A model generated the notes under the pieces. The model saw only the letters and a list, made by a program, of their open reading frames with translations, did not search any database and was not told the DNA's origin. Position numbers and translations under genes: made by a program. From IMG/VR virus record IMGVR_UViG_3300027816_000062: a stretch of 64,000 bases of DNA; one strand, written 5' to 3'. This stretch comes from an uncultured virus (IMG/VR IMGVR_UViG_3300027816_000062) (lineage: Duplodnaviria; Heunggongvirae; Uroviricota; Caudoviricetes). This document shows positions 10,289-20,032 of the stretch, one piece after another (position 1 is the stretch's first letter; the number at the start of each line of letters is the position of its first letter).

Positions 10289-10597
10289 ATGCCGAAAATC
10301 AAAATTGAACTCCAAATTAAAGACTCGCAAAATCATACTAATCCGCCGCATGTCCTGATTAGAAATGTCTTTCGCGATCATATCAAGCACGCCAAGATTC
10401 AAACAAGAAACTGGAGGGCATATGCTCGATGGGGCTACTACTGGATGATTCTGAAATTCAATGATGATACAGTGATCGGATATGATGATTTTAACGAAAA
10501 GTATCTCCGCGAAATTTTGGATGAAATCGAACAAAATGGTGTATGTGTCCCGAAGGCGGAAGTCACTGTCAAATCCAAAGAAACGATCACTTTCTAA
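10289..10597 (+). CDS. hypothetical protein, paralog of 9669..9971
   Basis: paralogy. Confidence 0.8.
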   Translation: MPKIKIELQIKDSQNHTNPPHVLIRNVFRDHIKHAKIQTRNWRAYARWGYYWMILKFNDDTVIGYDDFNEKYLREILDEIEQNGVCVPKAEVTVKSKETITF

Positions 10598-10638
10598 AAA
10601 ATCCCCCTTTTCATAAACACTGATCGGATATATAAATC

Positions 10639-11304
10639 ATGAAAAACATTATTGACGTACATGGAAACAAAACCAGAGCCATTTATCATATCACCATACG
10701 CGGAACTGGTGCATGGGCTCAAATTGATGTTAGATCAACTGGCCCTAAAGCGATCCCAGAATATACGATTGCAGTGGATGAGCCAGATCAATTAGTTAGT
10801 TGTATGACCAATGCGATTAATGCCGCAGAATTTCTAGTGCAGAAGGAAAGAGAAAAGGGTACGCTGTGCGCCAACATTTCGCCCAACAATACTTTCATTG
10901 CAATTGACAACACATACCTTCGGGGCATTGATGTGAATACTATCGTTGAAATTTTGGAAACAGACTTCATTCACGCATGGATTGAAAAAACAAACAATAG
11001 ACTGTCAGCTAACATTAAAGTCAATGTAGAAATGCCCATTTTAGAGTTGCTGGGTTGCACTACAATTGATTATCGCTTTGTGAGCAATAAACACACCTCA
11101 ATCCCTAAGCGCCGAATCAACTTCCCCGAAGGATTTATGTTGCGAGAAAACTCAATCGGAGACTGCAAATACTCTCTTGAAAATCTCACAAGAACGAGCA
11201 TGGACGGTTGCTATATTGCCGATCTGCAAATTCCAGATTGGATGATGCCTCTCGTTGACGCATTCATGGACGAAAACGCAGATTGGGTTAACAATCATCC
11301 CTAA
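10639..11304 (+). CDS. hypothetical protein, paralog of 11653..12309
   Basis: shared P.NTFI.ID, ILELL, L.EN..G..KYSL and W.MP..D.FM.ENA. Confidence 0.8.
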   Translation: MKNIIDVHGNKTRAIYHITIRGTGAWAQIDVRSTGPKAIPEYTIAVDEPDQLVSCMTNAINAAEFLVQKEREKGTLCANISPNNTFIAIDNTYLRGIDVNTIVEILETDFIHAWIEKTNNRLSANIKVNVEMPILELLGCTTIDYRFVSNKHTSIPKRRINFPEGFMLRENSIGDCKYSLENLTRTSMDGCYIADLQIPDWMMPLVDAFMDENADWVNNHP

Positions 11305-11344
11305 AAATCCCCCATTTCACAAACCCCAATCGGATATATAAATC

Positions 11345-11653
11345 ATGCCAAAAGTTAACCTTACTGAACACGATACCACAATTCTTAGAGAAGCCAAAGC
11401 CTCCTTAGAACGACTTGCTGAAATGATCGGGCCAACTGGGTTTTACCCCATCAACTTGGCTAATCAAATCCAAGGTATCTTGGACAAAGCCGAACAAACC
11501 AAGACCGCAACCCCCGAGCTGATCGAACTTGCCCGACAACAATACCAGCAAGAAGGATATGTTGAAATTGATGACAACGCGGAAGTTTCCGAAGGCAAAG
11601 ATCAAGGCGTCTATGTGCAAGCATGGGTGTGGGTAGGCAAAGGAGAAGAATAA
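11345..11653 (+). CDS. hypothetical protein
   Basis: promoter motif; EIDDNA.VS..GVYVQAWVWV motif. Confidence 0.75.
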   Translation: MPKVNLTEHDTTILREAKASLERLAEMIGPTGFYPINLANQIQGILDKAEQTKTATPELIELARQQYQQEGYVEIDDNAEVSEGKDQGVYVQAWVWVGKGEE

Positions 11654-12309
11654 TGGAAAACCATCTCGTTTACGGTGAAAAAGGAAAGACATATAGCATC
11701 ACTTTGACTTTGCCTCGTCAAGATTGGCGATACGCTGACATTCACGTTGTTAATAACGCAAACTTACATCAACTGAATATGAACGTTGACCACATAGCAG
11801 AGCTTTCCGAAAAACTGATGTACGCCGTGAGGGCAATGAATCTTGTTGCGCAAAAAACCAGAAATGAAGCTCGTGACGAAGTGGCGAATGAATGGCCCGA
11901 AATGACCCCATACAATACTTTTATTGATATTGATTACGATGAAGATATGACGGTCAAAATTCTGAGAGAGATTGAATATGAAACGATCAGCACATTCGTC
12001 CCCGAATGGCAAGCAAAACATCAAGAAAAAACCATGGGATCAAGACAGATCAAGCTGGATCAAACTATTGATATTCTTGAACTTTTGGACTTTAATAACC
12101 AAGAATATGAATGGGAGAGAGATGTGCCCCCTTATAAACGATCAGTAATGATCGGACCCAAAATCTATCTTCAAGAAAATGAAAAGGGGGAATATAAGTA
12201 TTCATTAGTTAAATTTGTCTGGGTAGGAGAGCGCTCAGTTAAAAATCTCCCTATTCAAAAATGGCTTATGCCGATCATTGATAAATTCATGAATGAAAAC
12301 GCAAAGTAA
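11653..12309 (+). CDS. hypothetical protein, paralog of 10639..11304
   Basis: AGGAG SD, TAATG coupling, paralogy. Confidence 0.8.
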   Translation: MENHLVYGEKGKTYSITLTLPRQDWRYADIHVVNNANLHQLNMNVDHIAELSEKLMYAVRAMNLVAQKTRNEARDEVANEWPEMTPYNTFIDIDYDEDMTVKILREIEYETISTFVPEWQAKHQEKTMGSRQIKLDQTIDILELLDFNNQEYEWERDVPPYKRSVMIGPKIYLQENEKGEYKYSLVKFVWVGERSVKNLPIQKWLMPIIDKFMNENAK

Positions 12310-12334
12310 ACAAAAAATCATAGCCATTTGAAGC

Positions 12335-12368
12335 AATCCCCGATCTGAATTATGATCGGGGATTTTTT
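12335..12368 (+). terminator. intrinsic terminator
   Basis: AATCCCGATC/GATCGGGATT stem followed by T-run. Confidence 0.75.
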
Positions 12369-12480
12369 ATGACTTTCTATCACGATCTTTTTTATGACTT
12401 TCTATCACGATCTTTTTTATGACTTTCTATCACGATCTTTTTTATGACTTTCTATCACGATCTTTTTTATGACTTTCTAT
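12363..12480 (+). repeat. tandem repeat, 4 full + 1 partial copies of 25 bp TTTTTTATGACTTTCTATCACGATC
   Basis: exact 25 bp periodicity. Confidence 0.95.
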
Positions 12481-12579
12481 GATCGGGTGCCACGGCGGGC
12501 TTATTTTCTAAAAAAATCCCCTTTTTTCATCTGCTCGATATACTATATAAACTACCTTTAATCAGGAATCCACCAGATA

Positions 12580-14679
12580 ATGATTACTAACCAAACTAAC
12601 AAGCCTGTTGAATCTCTTGGGGTTCAATCTGAAGCATTTTTCAACGTCAAGCAAGAAAACCTCGCGTTTATCTTTGGTATCCTCCGCAATAACCTTTACT
12701 CTGATAAGCCCCTGGCTATTCTGCGAGAGTATTCTGCTAATGCCAAGGATGCTCATGCTGAAAATGGTTGCCCTGAGCGACCGTTTGTCGTCACGATGCC
12801 CACGGCCTTGTCTCCGAATCTTAGCATCCGAGACTTTGGCAAGGGTCTGAGCGAAGAACAAGTCTATAATATTTTTGCATCGTATGGTGCGTCAACCAAG
12901 CGCGAAACCAATGACCAGATTGGGGGCTTTGGCATTGGCTCCAAGTCGGCTTTCTGTTATGTTAATGGTTTTACGATTGTTAGCATCTTTGAAGGCAAGA
13001 AGTCTACTTATCGTGCCTACATTGATGAAACCAATATCGGTAAAATCTCTCGAATGGGCGAGCCTACTGACACCGATGAAGAAAGTGGCCTTGAAATCAT
13101 TGTTGAAATCAAGCAAAATGATATTCACTCTTTTGTTGCGGCTGGAAAGTCTCTCTTTAAGCACTTCAATCCCAAGCCGATTATTGTTTCTTGCCGCGAT
13201 TTGAGCGAGTATATTGCTAACTATCGTCAGGGTGAAGTCTTGATCGAAGGCTCTGATTGGAGCATTGTGAAGCGTCAAAACTATGGTTCTTCCGAGGCTT
13301 ATTGTGTTATGGGAGATATTCGCTATCCCATTCAGATCAACAAGATCACTTCTGATCGTAAGGGCTGGGTTGATTCACTTTATGGTAGCACAATCAACAT
13401 TGTCACTCCGATTGGGTCTGTGAAGATGAGCGCAAGCCGTGAATCACTTGAGTATGACGAGGTTACAATTGACTTTCTTAACAAGTCTGTCGAACGAATC
13501 TATGCCGAAGCCTGCCAAATGGTGACGAATGAACTCAAGAATTGCAAGACTCTTTGGGAAGCGCGAATTTACCTCAAGGAAATGGACAAAATTTACGGTA
13601 GCCTTAATGTTAAGGCTGAGTGGAATGGCGAACCTATTAAACTACCGCACGTCCATCTTGGGCCGAATGGTTCTGTTGGCGCGATTGAAGGTATTAGCCT
13701 TATTCGACGAGCAGAAAAGACCCGTAACGGGGACCTAAAGTGGTGCCGATGTGCTGATATTGTGCCTTCTAAGAATGTCATTATCTTTACGGACAATGGC
13801 ACGGTGAAGCGAAACACGCTCTTTTCGCGAATTAACAAGTACGTTGCTGACAACAACTTCGGGGGAACCTGCGTGCTTGCTCAATTCACTACGGCTGAGG
13901 CCCAGAAGGAGTTTGAGACTCACGAAGAAATCATCGGCGCGAATATCATTGATGTTGAAACCCTGGCTTATGTGCCTCCGATTCGTGCGAAGCGCATTAG
14001 CACTGGTGCGCGTGATAAGCAAAAGTGTTCGGCTTTCACTTACAATGGCAAGACCTATGCCAGCGTGAAGTCTCAAGCCTGGGACCCCGTGGAAGTGGAC
14101 CTTGTTAATGATGGCGGGGTTTATGTTTACATTGACAAATTCTTGCCAGTCGGTTTTAGTGGCTTTGGACACCTGAAAAAGATCATTGAAGCATTGGGAG
14201 AATTAACTAATGAAACGATCATTGTTCACGGGTTCCGCGCAATGAAGAAAACCGAAAACCTTGGAAGCAATTGGGTTAGCCTTGAGGACAAAATCAAGAG
14301 TGTTATGCAAGATTGGGCCGCTGATGAGCAAACTAGCATGATGGTTGCTTCAAACTACGTCCATGATGAAACGGAAAGAATTTTTGATTATATTCAAGCG
14401 CACCGTGACTTACTTGATGATTCAAGTGTCGCCGCTGAGTTTGTAGACTTTATCAGTGAGTTTCCGACTGTGGTTGATGAAAATGCTCTGGATAATCTGA
14501 AATACCTGTCTAATTATTCTTGTGATTTTTACAATACGTCTGATGTGGATGAGCATCGGAGTAAGTATAATGAACTCAAGAAAAAGGTCTGGGAAACTTA
14601 TCCTATGCTGATATGCATTGCCCATAAGCATGAAGATCGGCGAGCTTTAGACTACATTGCTCTGGTGGACAAAAAGTAG
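12580..14679 (+). CDS. rIIA: rIIA-like protein (N-terminal GHKL/Hsp90-type ATPase)
   Basis: LYSDK..ILREY.ANAKDAH, IRDFGKGL, STKR..NDQIGGFGIGSKS; adjacent to rIIB-like gene. Confidence 0.85.
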   Translation: MITNQTNKPVESLGVQSEAFFNVKQENLAFIFGILRNNLYSDKPLAILREYSANAKDAHAENGCPERPFVVTMPTALSPNLSIRDFGKGLSEEQVYNIFASYGASTKRETNDQIGGFGIGSKSAFCYVNGFTIVSIFEGKKSTYRAYIDETNIGKISRMGEPTDTDEESGLEIIVEIKQNDIHSFVAAGKSLFKHFNPKPIIVSCRDLSEYIANYRQGEVLIEGSDWSIVKRQNYGSSEAYCVMGDIRYPIQINKITSDRKGWVDSLYGSTINIVTPIGSVKMSASRESLEYDEVTIDFLNKSVERIYAEACQMVTNELKNCKTLWEARIYLKEMDKIYGSLNVKAEWNGEPIKLPHVHLGPNGSVGAIEGISLIRRAEKTRNGDLKWCRCADIVPSKNVIIFTDNGTVKRNTLFSRINKYVADNNFGGTCVLAQFTTAEAQKEFETHEEIIGANIIDVETLAYVPPIRAKRISTGARDKQKCSAFTYNGKTYASVKSQAWDPVEVDLVNDGGVYVYIDKFLPVGFSGFGHLKKIIEALGELTNETIIVHGFRAMKKTENLGSNWVSLEDKIKSVMQDWAADEQTSMMVASNYVHDETERIFDYIQAHRDLLDDSSVAAEFVDFISEFPTVVDENALDNLKYLSNYSCDFYNTSDVDEHRSKYNELKKKVWETYPMLICIAHKHEDRRALDYIALVDKK

Positions 14680-14827
14680 TCTAGCATCGGGGAGCGGGCA
14701 TAATGCCTGTCTCCCCATTTTTATGACTTTCTGCGATTATGCAGCACGATTAATCTTTTTTTAAAAAAATCCCCTTTTTTCGCAGAGAAACTTGCTATAA
14801 TAAAGTATCGGAGACGTAGAATAAGTA

Positions 14828-16081
14828 ATGAAGATCACCGCATGTATTTACCAAACTGGCGATAGCCTCACAATCGCTTTTGACAATGGAAGTCCGCTGA
14901 CTATCCATAGTTACGATGGCAATTTTAACAAGGCCGTTGAAGCCTATCGCAATGGGGATGTTGAAGAACTTTATAGTTTGATGAACATCCTCACATCTAT
15001 CGAAAAGATGAGCGAATCTATTGATGACATTAAGGTTGTCGGCAATAGCGTTTATTATCGTGATGAAGAAATCCACAACGTTATTGTTGATCGGATTTTG
15101 GACTTCCGTAATAATGGCTTTGACATTAAGCCGCTTGCGCGAATGTTGTCCAAGCTGATGCTGAACCCCTCTCGCCGCGCCGTGGAAGAACTCTACAAGT
15201 TCCTTGCCCACAAGAACCTTCCCGTCACCGATAATGGTAATTTTCTTGCCTATAAGGGCGTGACTTCGGATTATTGGAGCATTACGAGTGGTGATGCCAA
15301 GCTGATTAAGGGGACGGTTGATGATGGAGGCCGTATCTACAATGGTGTCGGTGAAGAAATCCAAATGCACCGCAATAAGGTGGATGACAATAAGGACAAT
15401 CACTGTTCTTATGGCCTTCATGCTGGTAGCCTTGAATACGCTGATAACTTCCGTAGTTACGGCGGCTACGGCGGAAAGCTGATGATCGTGGAAATTGACC
15501 CCGCTGATGTAGTGTCGATTCCTAGCGATTGTGGTTGCCAAAAGCTCCGAACTTGCCGCTATAAGGTTGTTGGCGAGTATGACGGACCTCTGACTCAGCC
15601 TCTGTACGAATCTAATTTTTCCACCGAAAATGACGATCTTTATGATGAAGATATTTTTGACGAAGATGATTGCAACGAAGGTGACTACGACTATACTGAG
15701 CCCGAGGATTTTGACAATGAAGATGATTTAGGTGTCGTCACCGACCAGTGTGGGAATGTTCTTAATGATGGCGATGTTTGTCTGTCTGATGACGGCAAGT
15801 TGTACGCCTGGAATGAAAATAACAAGACGTTTGTTGACCTTGACGATTCTGAAAATGAGCTTGATAGCGCGATGTGGGAGAAGATGACCTATCTCGACCC
15901 CGATGCCCGAAATGATAGTGACTTTTTGGTACTGATTGATGGCATGATCTACGAGGACTCTTTCGGCAATAAACTCAAGTGGAATGAGACGGCTGACTTG
16001 TTTGAATATGTCAATACAACGTCGTGGCCCAAGCCTACTTATCTTCAGGCAATTCGCAATAAGATTGTTCGCGTTCAGTGA
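14828..16081 (+). CDS. rIIB: rIIB-like protein with acidic C-terminal extension
   Basis: NPS..AVEELY.FL, GNFLAYKGV, CSYGLHAG, PADVVSIP.D and KLRTCRYKV motifs. Confidence 0.88.
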   Translation: MKITACIYQTGDSLTIAFDNGSPLTIHSYDGNFNKAVEAYRNGDVEELYSLMNILTSIEKMSESIDDIKVVGNSVYYRDEEIHNVIVDRILDFRNNGFDIKPLARMLSKLMLNPSRRAVEELYKFLAHKNLPVTDNGNFLAYKGVTSDYWSITSGDAKLIKGTVDDGGRIYNGVGEEIQMHRNKVDDNKDNHCSYGLHAGSLEYADNFRSYGGYGGKLMIVEIDPADVVSIPSDCGCQKLRTCRYKVVGEYDGPLTQPLYESNFSTENDDLYDEDIFDEDDCNEGDYDYTEPEDFDNEDDLGVVTDQCGNVLNDGDVCLSDDGKLYAWNENNKTFVDLDDSENELDSAMWEKMTYLDPDARNDSDFLVLIDGMIYEDSFGNKLKWNETADLFEYVNTTSWPKPTYLQAIRNKIVRVQ

Positions 16082-16096
16082 ACAATCAAATAAGAA

Positions 16097-16124
16097 GAAA
16101 GGCCCCTAAAAGGGGCCTTTCTTT
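16097..16124. terminator. intrinsic terminator
   Basis: GAAAGGCCCC/GGGGCCTTTC stem plus T-run. Confidence 0.75.
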
Positions 16125-16158
16125 ATGACTTTCTACGATTATGCGACAGCACAGCCGA

Positions 16159-16198
16159 TCACTCTCCAAGTCACTCTCCAAGTCACTCTCCAAGTCAC
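16159..16198 (+). repeat. tandem repeat 3x TCACTCTCCAAG
   Basis: exact 12 bp periodicity. Confidence 0.9.
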
Positions 16199-16243
16199 CA
16201 AAAATCCCCTTTTTTCTGGCAAGCAACACAATATATAGAAGTA

Positions 16244-16543
16244 ATGAAAGTCCGAGTTTATCACAACCCCGATGATGTTTTTGATTTCACCAGCATTGAA
16301 GATATGATCGCTGTTGCAGACGTTGAGTGTGATGATATTGAGCACGCAATGGAATTGACCATGAGTATTGATGACGATTGGTGGAAGAACAGCGGTGTGA
16401 CCAAGTTATTTGAGGATGAAATTTGTCGCAGCACGAATGCTGGCGATGCGATTGTGAACTTGGATACTAATAAGATTCATGTTGTTGAGTTGCTTGGTTT
16501 TCGCACGATTGAATCTGACGTAATCTTTACGGGGAAGGAATAA
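16244..16543 (+). CDS. hypothetical protein
   Basis: promoter motif upstream. Confidence 0.75.
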   Translation: MKVRVYHNPDDVFDFTSIEDMIAVADVECDDIEHAMELTMSIDDDWWKNSGVTKLFEDEICRSTNAGDAIVNLDTNKIHVVELLGFRTIESDVIFTGKE

Positions 16544-16545
16544 CA

Positions 16546-16761
16546 ATGCACGGTATTTTGTTGCTTGGTTTTTTAATGATCGGCTTTGTGGTCATGGCTT
16601 GCGGCGTGACTGGTTGGATGATGGCTGGCGTGTTAAGTGACACTATTTTCAATGAGAAGTCCGAGATTGATTTTCATAAGCGAATGGCTTTGATCGGTTT
16701 TATGATTATGGTGCTTACTGTTCTTATTGACTGGGCAATTGGAGGGTTCCCATGGGCGTGA
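16546..16761 (+). CDS. small membrane protein
   Basis: two hydrophobic segments; AAGGA SD. Confidence 0.7.
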   Translation: MHGILLLGFLMIGFVVMACGVTGWMMAGVLSDTIFNEKSEIDFHKRMALIGFMIMVLTVLIDWAIGGFPWA

Positions 16762-17084
16762 CACTTGAGTGTCGGTATTTGACCGAAGAGCGGAAGGGAG
16801 GATATGTAAATTTCATAAACGACAATTGTTTTATTTTTGCCAAGTTGCCAATTAATGATACTGGGATTGACGCGATTGGTAAAATGATTGTCCTTGAGGG
16901 TGATATCAGTAAGGTTGAAGAAGATCAACTTTTTGATTGGATCACAGGTGATATGGGAAGCCGAAAATATCACGAAGTGAAGTTTGTTGGGTCTTTTCAG
17001 CCAATTATCGAAGTAAAATACGAACCTTTGGAATTAGATCGGGTAAAAGAATATTTAAGTCTTTTGGAGAAAATCAATGGATAA
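16752..17084 (+). CDS. hypothetical protein, paralog of 17160..17534
   Basis: shared VTLEC, GGY..I, GKMI and EVK motifs. Confidence 0.75.
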   Translation: MGVTLECRYLTEERKGGYVNFINDNCFIFAKLPINDTGIDAIGKMIVLEGDISKVEEDQLFDWITGDMGSRKYHEVKFVGSFQPIIEVKYEPLELDRVKEYLSLLEKING

Positions 17085-17159
17085 TCTTGAAGCCATGACA
17101 GATTCACAAACGAATATTTGTGATCGGAATTCTTGTTTTCTAACTGGCAGGAGTTTAAC

Positions 17160-17534
17160 ATGAGTGTAACGCTTGAGTGCAGTTTTCTGGATTTTGGTTA
17201 TCGTCACCCACTGCGATTCGGTGTGTTGATGCTTGGCGGATATGCAAAATACATCGAGGGCAATTATTTTGTTTTTGTCAAGGTTCCTCCGCACATTGGA
17301 TGTGAATTTGTCGGGAAAATGATTAGTGAGTCGCATTTTCCTGATGATATAAGTAGCATGCGTGATGATGCTTTTCTTCGGTTGTTTAAGAACGATGCAG
17401 TTAAAGGTGAGTTTCGCGAAGTAAAGGTTACATCATCATCATGGCGTCATCAAACTATCGAAGTTGACGATGAGCCAATGCATCCCGATAAGCTAAAAAA
17501 ATTCATAAAATTATTAAAGGAAAGAAATGGATAA
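17160..17534 (+). CDS. hypothetical protein, paralog of 16752..17084
   Basis: AGGAG SD; paralogy. Confidence 0.75.
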   Translation: MSVTLECSFLDFGYRHPLRFGVLMLGGYAKYIEGNYFVFVKVPPHIGCEFVGKMISESHFPDDISSMRDDAFLRLFKNDAVKGEFREVKVTSSSWRHQTIEVDDEPMHPDKLKKFIKLLKERNG

Positions 17535-17907
17535 GTACGAACATCTTGAAACCATGACCGCGGAAGAATTGCGCTTCAGAATCCACTATTTGGAATCTGA
17601 GGTTGAAATGTTCCGTAGGCTTGGAAGAGACTTGCTTGAGCAGCGATTAAACTATCGTAGCTTAGTCAAGCATGCTATAGAAACGGGCGAATTAGATGAA
17701 CTGGAGCGGGCCTTGTATGAAACTCAGAGAGATGTTTCTGCTGACCCGCATGCTCATAAAGTGCTGCCAAATTCTCAATCGACTGTTTACACAGACGAAA
17801 AAGTCACAGTTCAATGGGACCCCGCTTGTTTCAATTACATCAAAGTGTATTTGCCCAGTGAGTTTTCAAAAAAGAAAGTTCATGTTCGTGTTCGCGCTGT
17901 AGAATAA
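17527..17907 (+). CDS. hypothetical protein
   Basis: AAGGA SD; ORF in array. Confidence 0.7.
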   Translation: MDKYEHLETMTAEELRFRIHYLESEVEMFRRLGRDLLEQRLNYRSLVKHAIETGELDELERALYETQRDVSADPHAHKVLPNSQSTVYTDEKVTVQWDPACFNYIKVYLPSEFSKKKVHVRVRAVE

Positions 17908-17943
17908 TCCCCTATTTTTTCACTCTGAGTTGATATAAAAGAC

Positions 17944-18276
17944 ATGGAAGAACTTTTGTTTAAGCATTATGACTCTTTGCTCGGGGAAGAAAAGGCAAAG
18001 GAAGCTCGTGCTATGGGCAATACTGAAGAAGCTCGGGGCTGGCTGGCTTCCGCGATTATTCTTAATGTTGAGGCCACGGACATTCACGAAAGTGAGCATG
18101 GGGACCCGAAGCGTCCCGAAAAGCTATTAAGTGCAGCCAAGTTACTGTATGATATAAAAGAATGGCGTCATGCAGAGCGACTTGCTGCTGAAGGCATTTC
18201 TTTGAATGCAGATAGGGACACGTTGGTATCGCTTCGCTCGTTGATGTTGGCGTGCCAAATTATGCTAGGGGATTAA
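17944..18276 (+). CDS. hypothetical helical protein
   Basis: promoter motif upstream. Confidence 0.7.
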   Translation: MEELLFKHYDSLLGEEKAKEARAMGNTEEARGWLASAIILNVEATDIHESEHGDPKRPEKLLSAAKLLYDIKEWRHAERLAAEGISLNADRDTLVSLRSLMLACQIMLGD

Positions 18277-18280
18277 TCCA

Positions 18281-18622
18281 GTGGAAAAACAAAGAATAAA
18301 GCACGATCTTGTTCAGATGGAGTGGGGCAATTATTATGGCAGAGAAGTCATCAAGAATGCTTTGAAAATTGTCAATGACCCCGATCAGGCTGCGAGGAAA
18401 GAGGCCTCATGTTGTGTTCGTTGTTATTATGTTACTCAAGTCGGCGGTGCAGCTATGACAACTTGGTATTGTGGCATTTGTGGAGCGAAGGACATGCATG
18501 GTAGCACCAATACACCTTGTTTGTGCAAGGCGTGTGCGAAAGATAATGGATTGTGTTTTCGCTGCGGAGCGGACATGGAATTAAAGAATCGGAGAAAACA
18601 AAAATGGACGATAACGGACTGA
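18281..18622 (+). CDS. Cys-rich putative zinc-finger protein
   Basis: four CxxC pairs. Confidence 0.7.
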   Translation: MEKQRIKHDLVQMEWGNYYGREVIKNALKIVNDPDQAARKEASCCVRCYYVTQVGGAAMTTWYCGICGAKDMHGSTNTPCLCKACAKDNGLCFRCGADMELKNRRKQKWTITD

Positions 18623-18867
18623 CATTAAAGTTTTTTACAGTCGGGCGGTTTTCCAAAGCTGCTTGGAATGAAATGGCAACTAAGTTTTTTGACCCTGGGG
18701 TTCAAACTACTATCCCGTCTTACACTCGCGCTGAGGCTTTGCGAACGAAAAAAAGAATGGCTAACAAGAAGATCAACATCATCAATGGTGATGGTGAAGT
18801 AGTTGAGTCTGTCAACTTATACGATCACGTTGTCGTCAGGAATGCCAAGGGTAAGATCGTAGGCTAA
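18604..18867 (+). CDS. hypothetical protein
   Basis: GGAG SD; ORF in array. Confidence 0.65.
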   Translation: MDDNGLTLKFFTVGRFSKAAWNEMATKFFDPGVQTTIPSYTRAEALRTKKRMANKKINIINGDGEVVESVNLYDHVVVRNAKGKIVG

Positions 18868-18916
18868 GCCACTAAAAAATCCCCTATAAAATCGTGGGGA
18901 TTTTCCTATATAAATT

Positions 18917-19180
18917 ATGATTGTTCATCAGAGTTCTTATCGGGGGTGGGACATCGAGATTCGTGAAGTTGATGGTGGGTTTACTGCTGTTTTCTCGAAC
19001 GAGTTTGTTGAGAGTTCTTTCCCCGAAGGTGTTCAAAGTGTCAGTATTGAAGACTGCGTTCGGAAGGCACAGCGTTGCATTGATGTGAACGACTATCACG
19101 AGCCTCAGTATCGTTCTGCTTCTTATCGCGACGTTGAGCCTCCTGATATTGATGATTGGTTGATAGGTAAAGAAAAATGA
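18917..19180 (+). CDS. hypothetical protein
   Basis: promoter motif upstream. Confidence 0.7.
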   Translation: MIVHQSSYRGWDIEIREVDGGFTAVFSNEFVESSFPEGVQSVSIEDCVRKAQRCIDVNDYHEPQYRSASYRDVEPPDIDDWLIGKEK

Positions 19181-19599
19181 AATGGTTTCCTCGATTTGCA
19201 TGGCTGAAGAAGAATGGATTCACTTACAGGCAGGTCGAGGAATTTTCTATTCCTTTGATTGATGATTGTGTGGCGAAATTGTGTGCAGCTACGGGCACTC
19301 CGATTGTCATCAGTAGTGTTTTACTGGGCGGTAAGTTAAGTGTTCGTGGCCGCTTGATTCGTCAAGTTAGGGTTGATGCTCGCGAGATTGATGGCTTTGA
19401 TCGAGATACTCTGCCTCAGAGCGCGATCAAGTATTTCGATCAGTACGTGAATAGTGCTTCACAATCGGAGTTGCGTTACTCTGGCGAGTTTAATTGGGCT
19501 TTAATTGATTTGGATAATCGGACTGTTCAGCATATTCTTGGGCAATATGCTGAACATCTTCGCGTCCTTCATCCTGGTTGCGAGTTTATTGTAATTTAA
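19177..19599 (+). CDS. hypothetical protein, shares domain with C-terminus of 29387..30016
   Basis: SIP.ID..V..LCAA and E.RYSG..NW.L shared. Confidence 0.75.
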   Translation: MKWFPRFAWLKKNGFTYRQVEEFSIPLIDDCVAKLCAATGTPIVISSVLLGGKLSVRGRLIRQVRVDAREIDGFDRDTLPQSAIKYFDQYVNSASQSELRYSGEFNWALIDLDNRTVQHILGQYAEHLRVLHPGCEFIVI

Positions 19600-19954
19600 C
19601 CGCGAGTCCTTGTTCAACTTCTTTTACATATCTATCAAAGAAGTTGGCTGTGATTCTTTTCATAATCGCAGGAGTGATTTCTTGTCCATGTGCCACTGCG
19701 TTATAAATCTCTGGCAATTCATTGAAATCCTTTTCATACATACTTGGCATAACCATATCTTCCGCTGTCGCTGATTGAATAATATTCACAATAATGATTG
19801 GGTTTCTTTCTATTTCGTCGATCAGAAAGCGATAAGCATGCTTTTTGATATGATATAGAACTTGAATATAGTCATCTTCCTGGATGTTGTCTGTGGAGAG
19901 GTCACAAATGGTTCCCCCGATCAATTTAACCAAAACTTCGCTCATTTGCTGCAT
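19586..19954 (-). CDS. hypothetical protein
   Basis: reverse-oriented promoter motif at 19989-19998; exact start uncertain. Confidence 0.65.
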   Translation of the reverse strand: MQQMSEVLVKLIGGTICDLSTDNIQEDDYIQVLYHIKKHAYRFLIDEIERNPIIIVNIIQSATAEDMVMPSMYEKDFNELPEIYNAVAHGQEITPAIMKRITANFFDRYVKEVEQGLAVKLQ

Positions 19955-20032
19955 TTGCATTATGTATTTGTTTGTGACAGGAAAAATAGGGGATTTTTTG
20001 GAATACATAGTGGAGAGGACAGGAGAAGAACA

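Noticed and set aside
12363..12480. CRISPR array
   Set aside because: The 25 bp units are directly adjacent with no spacers, and no cas genes are present
14795..15541. Long antisense ORFs (also 41398..42198 and 13735..14172)
   Set aside because: They are opposite-strand shadows of well-supported genes, with no promoter motif or recognisable domain
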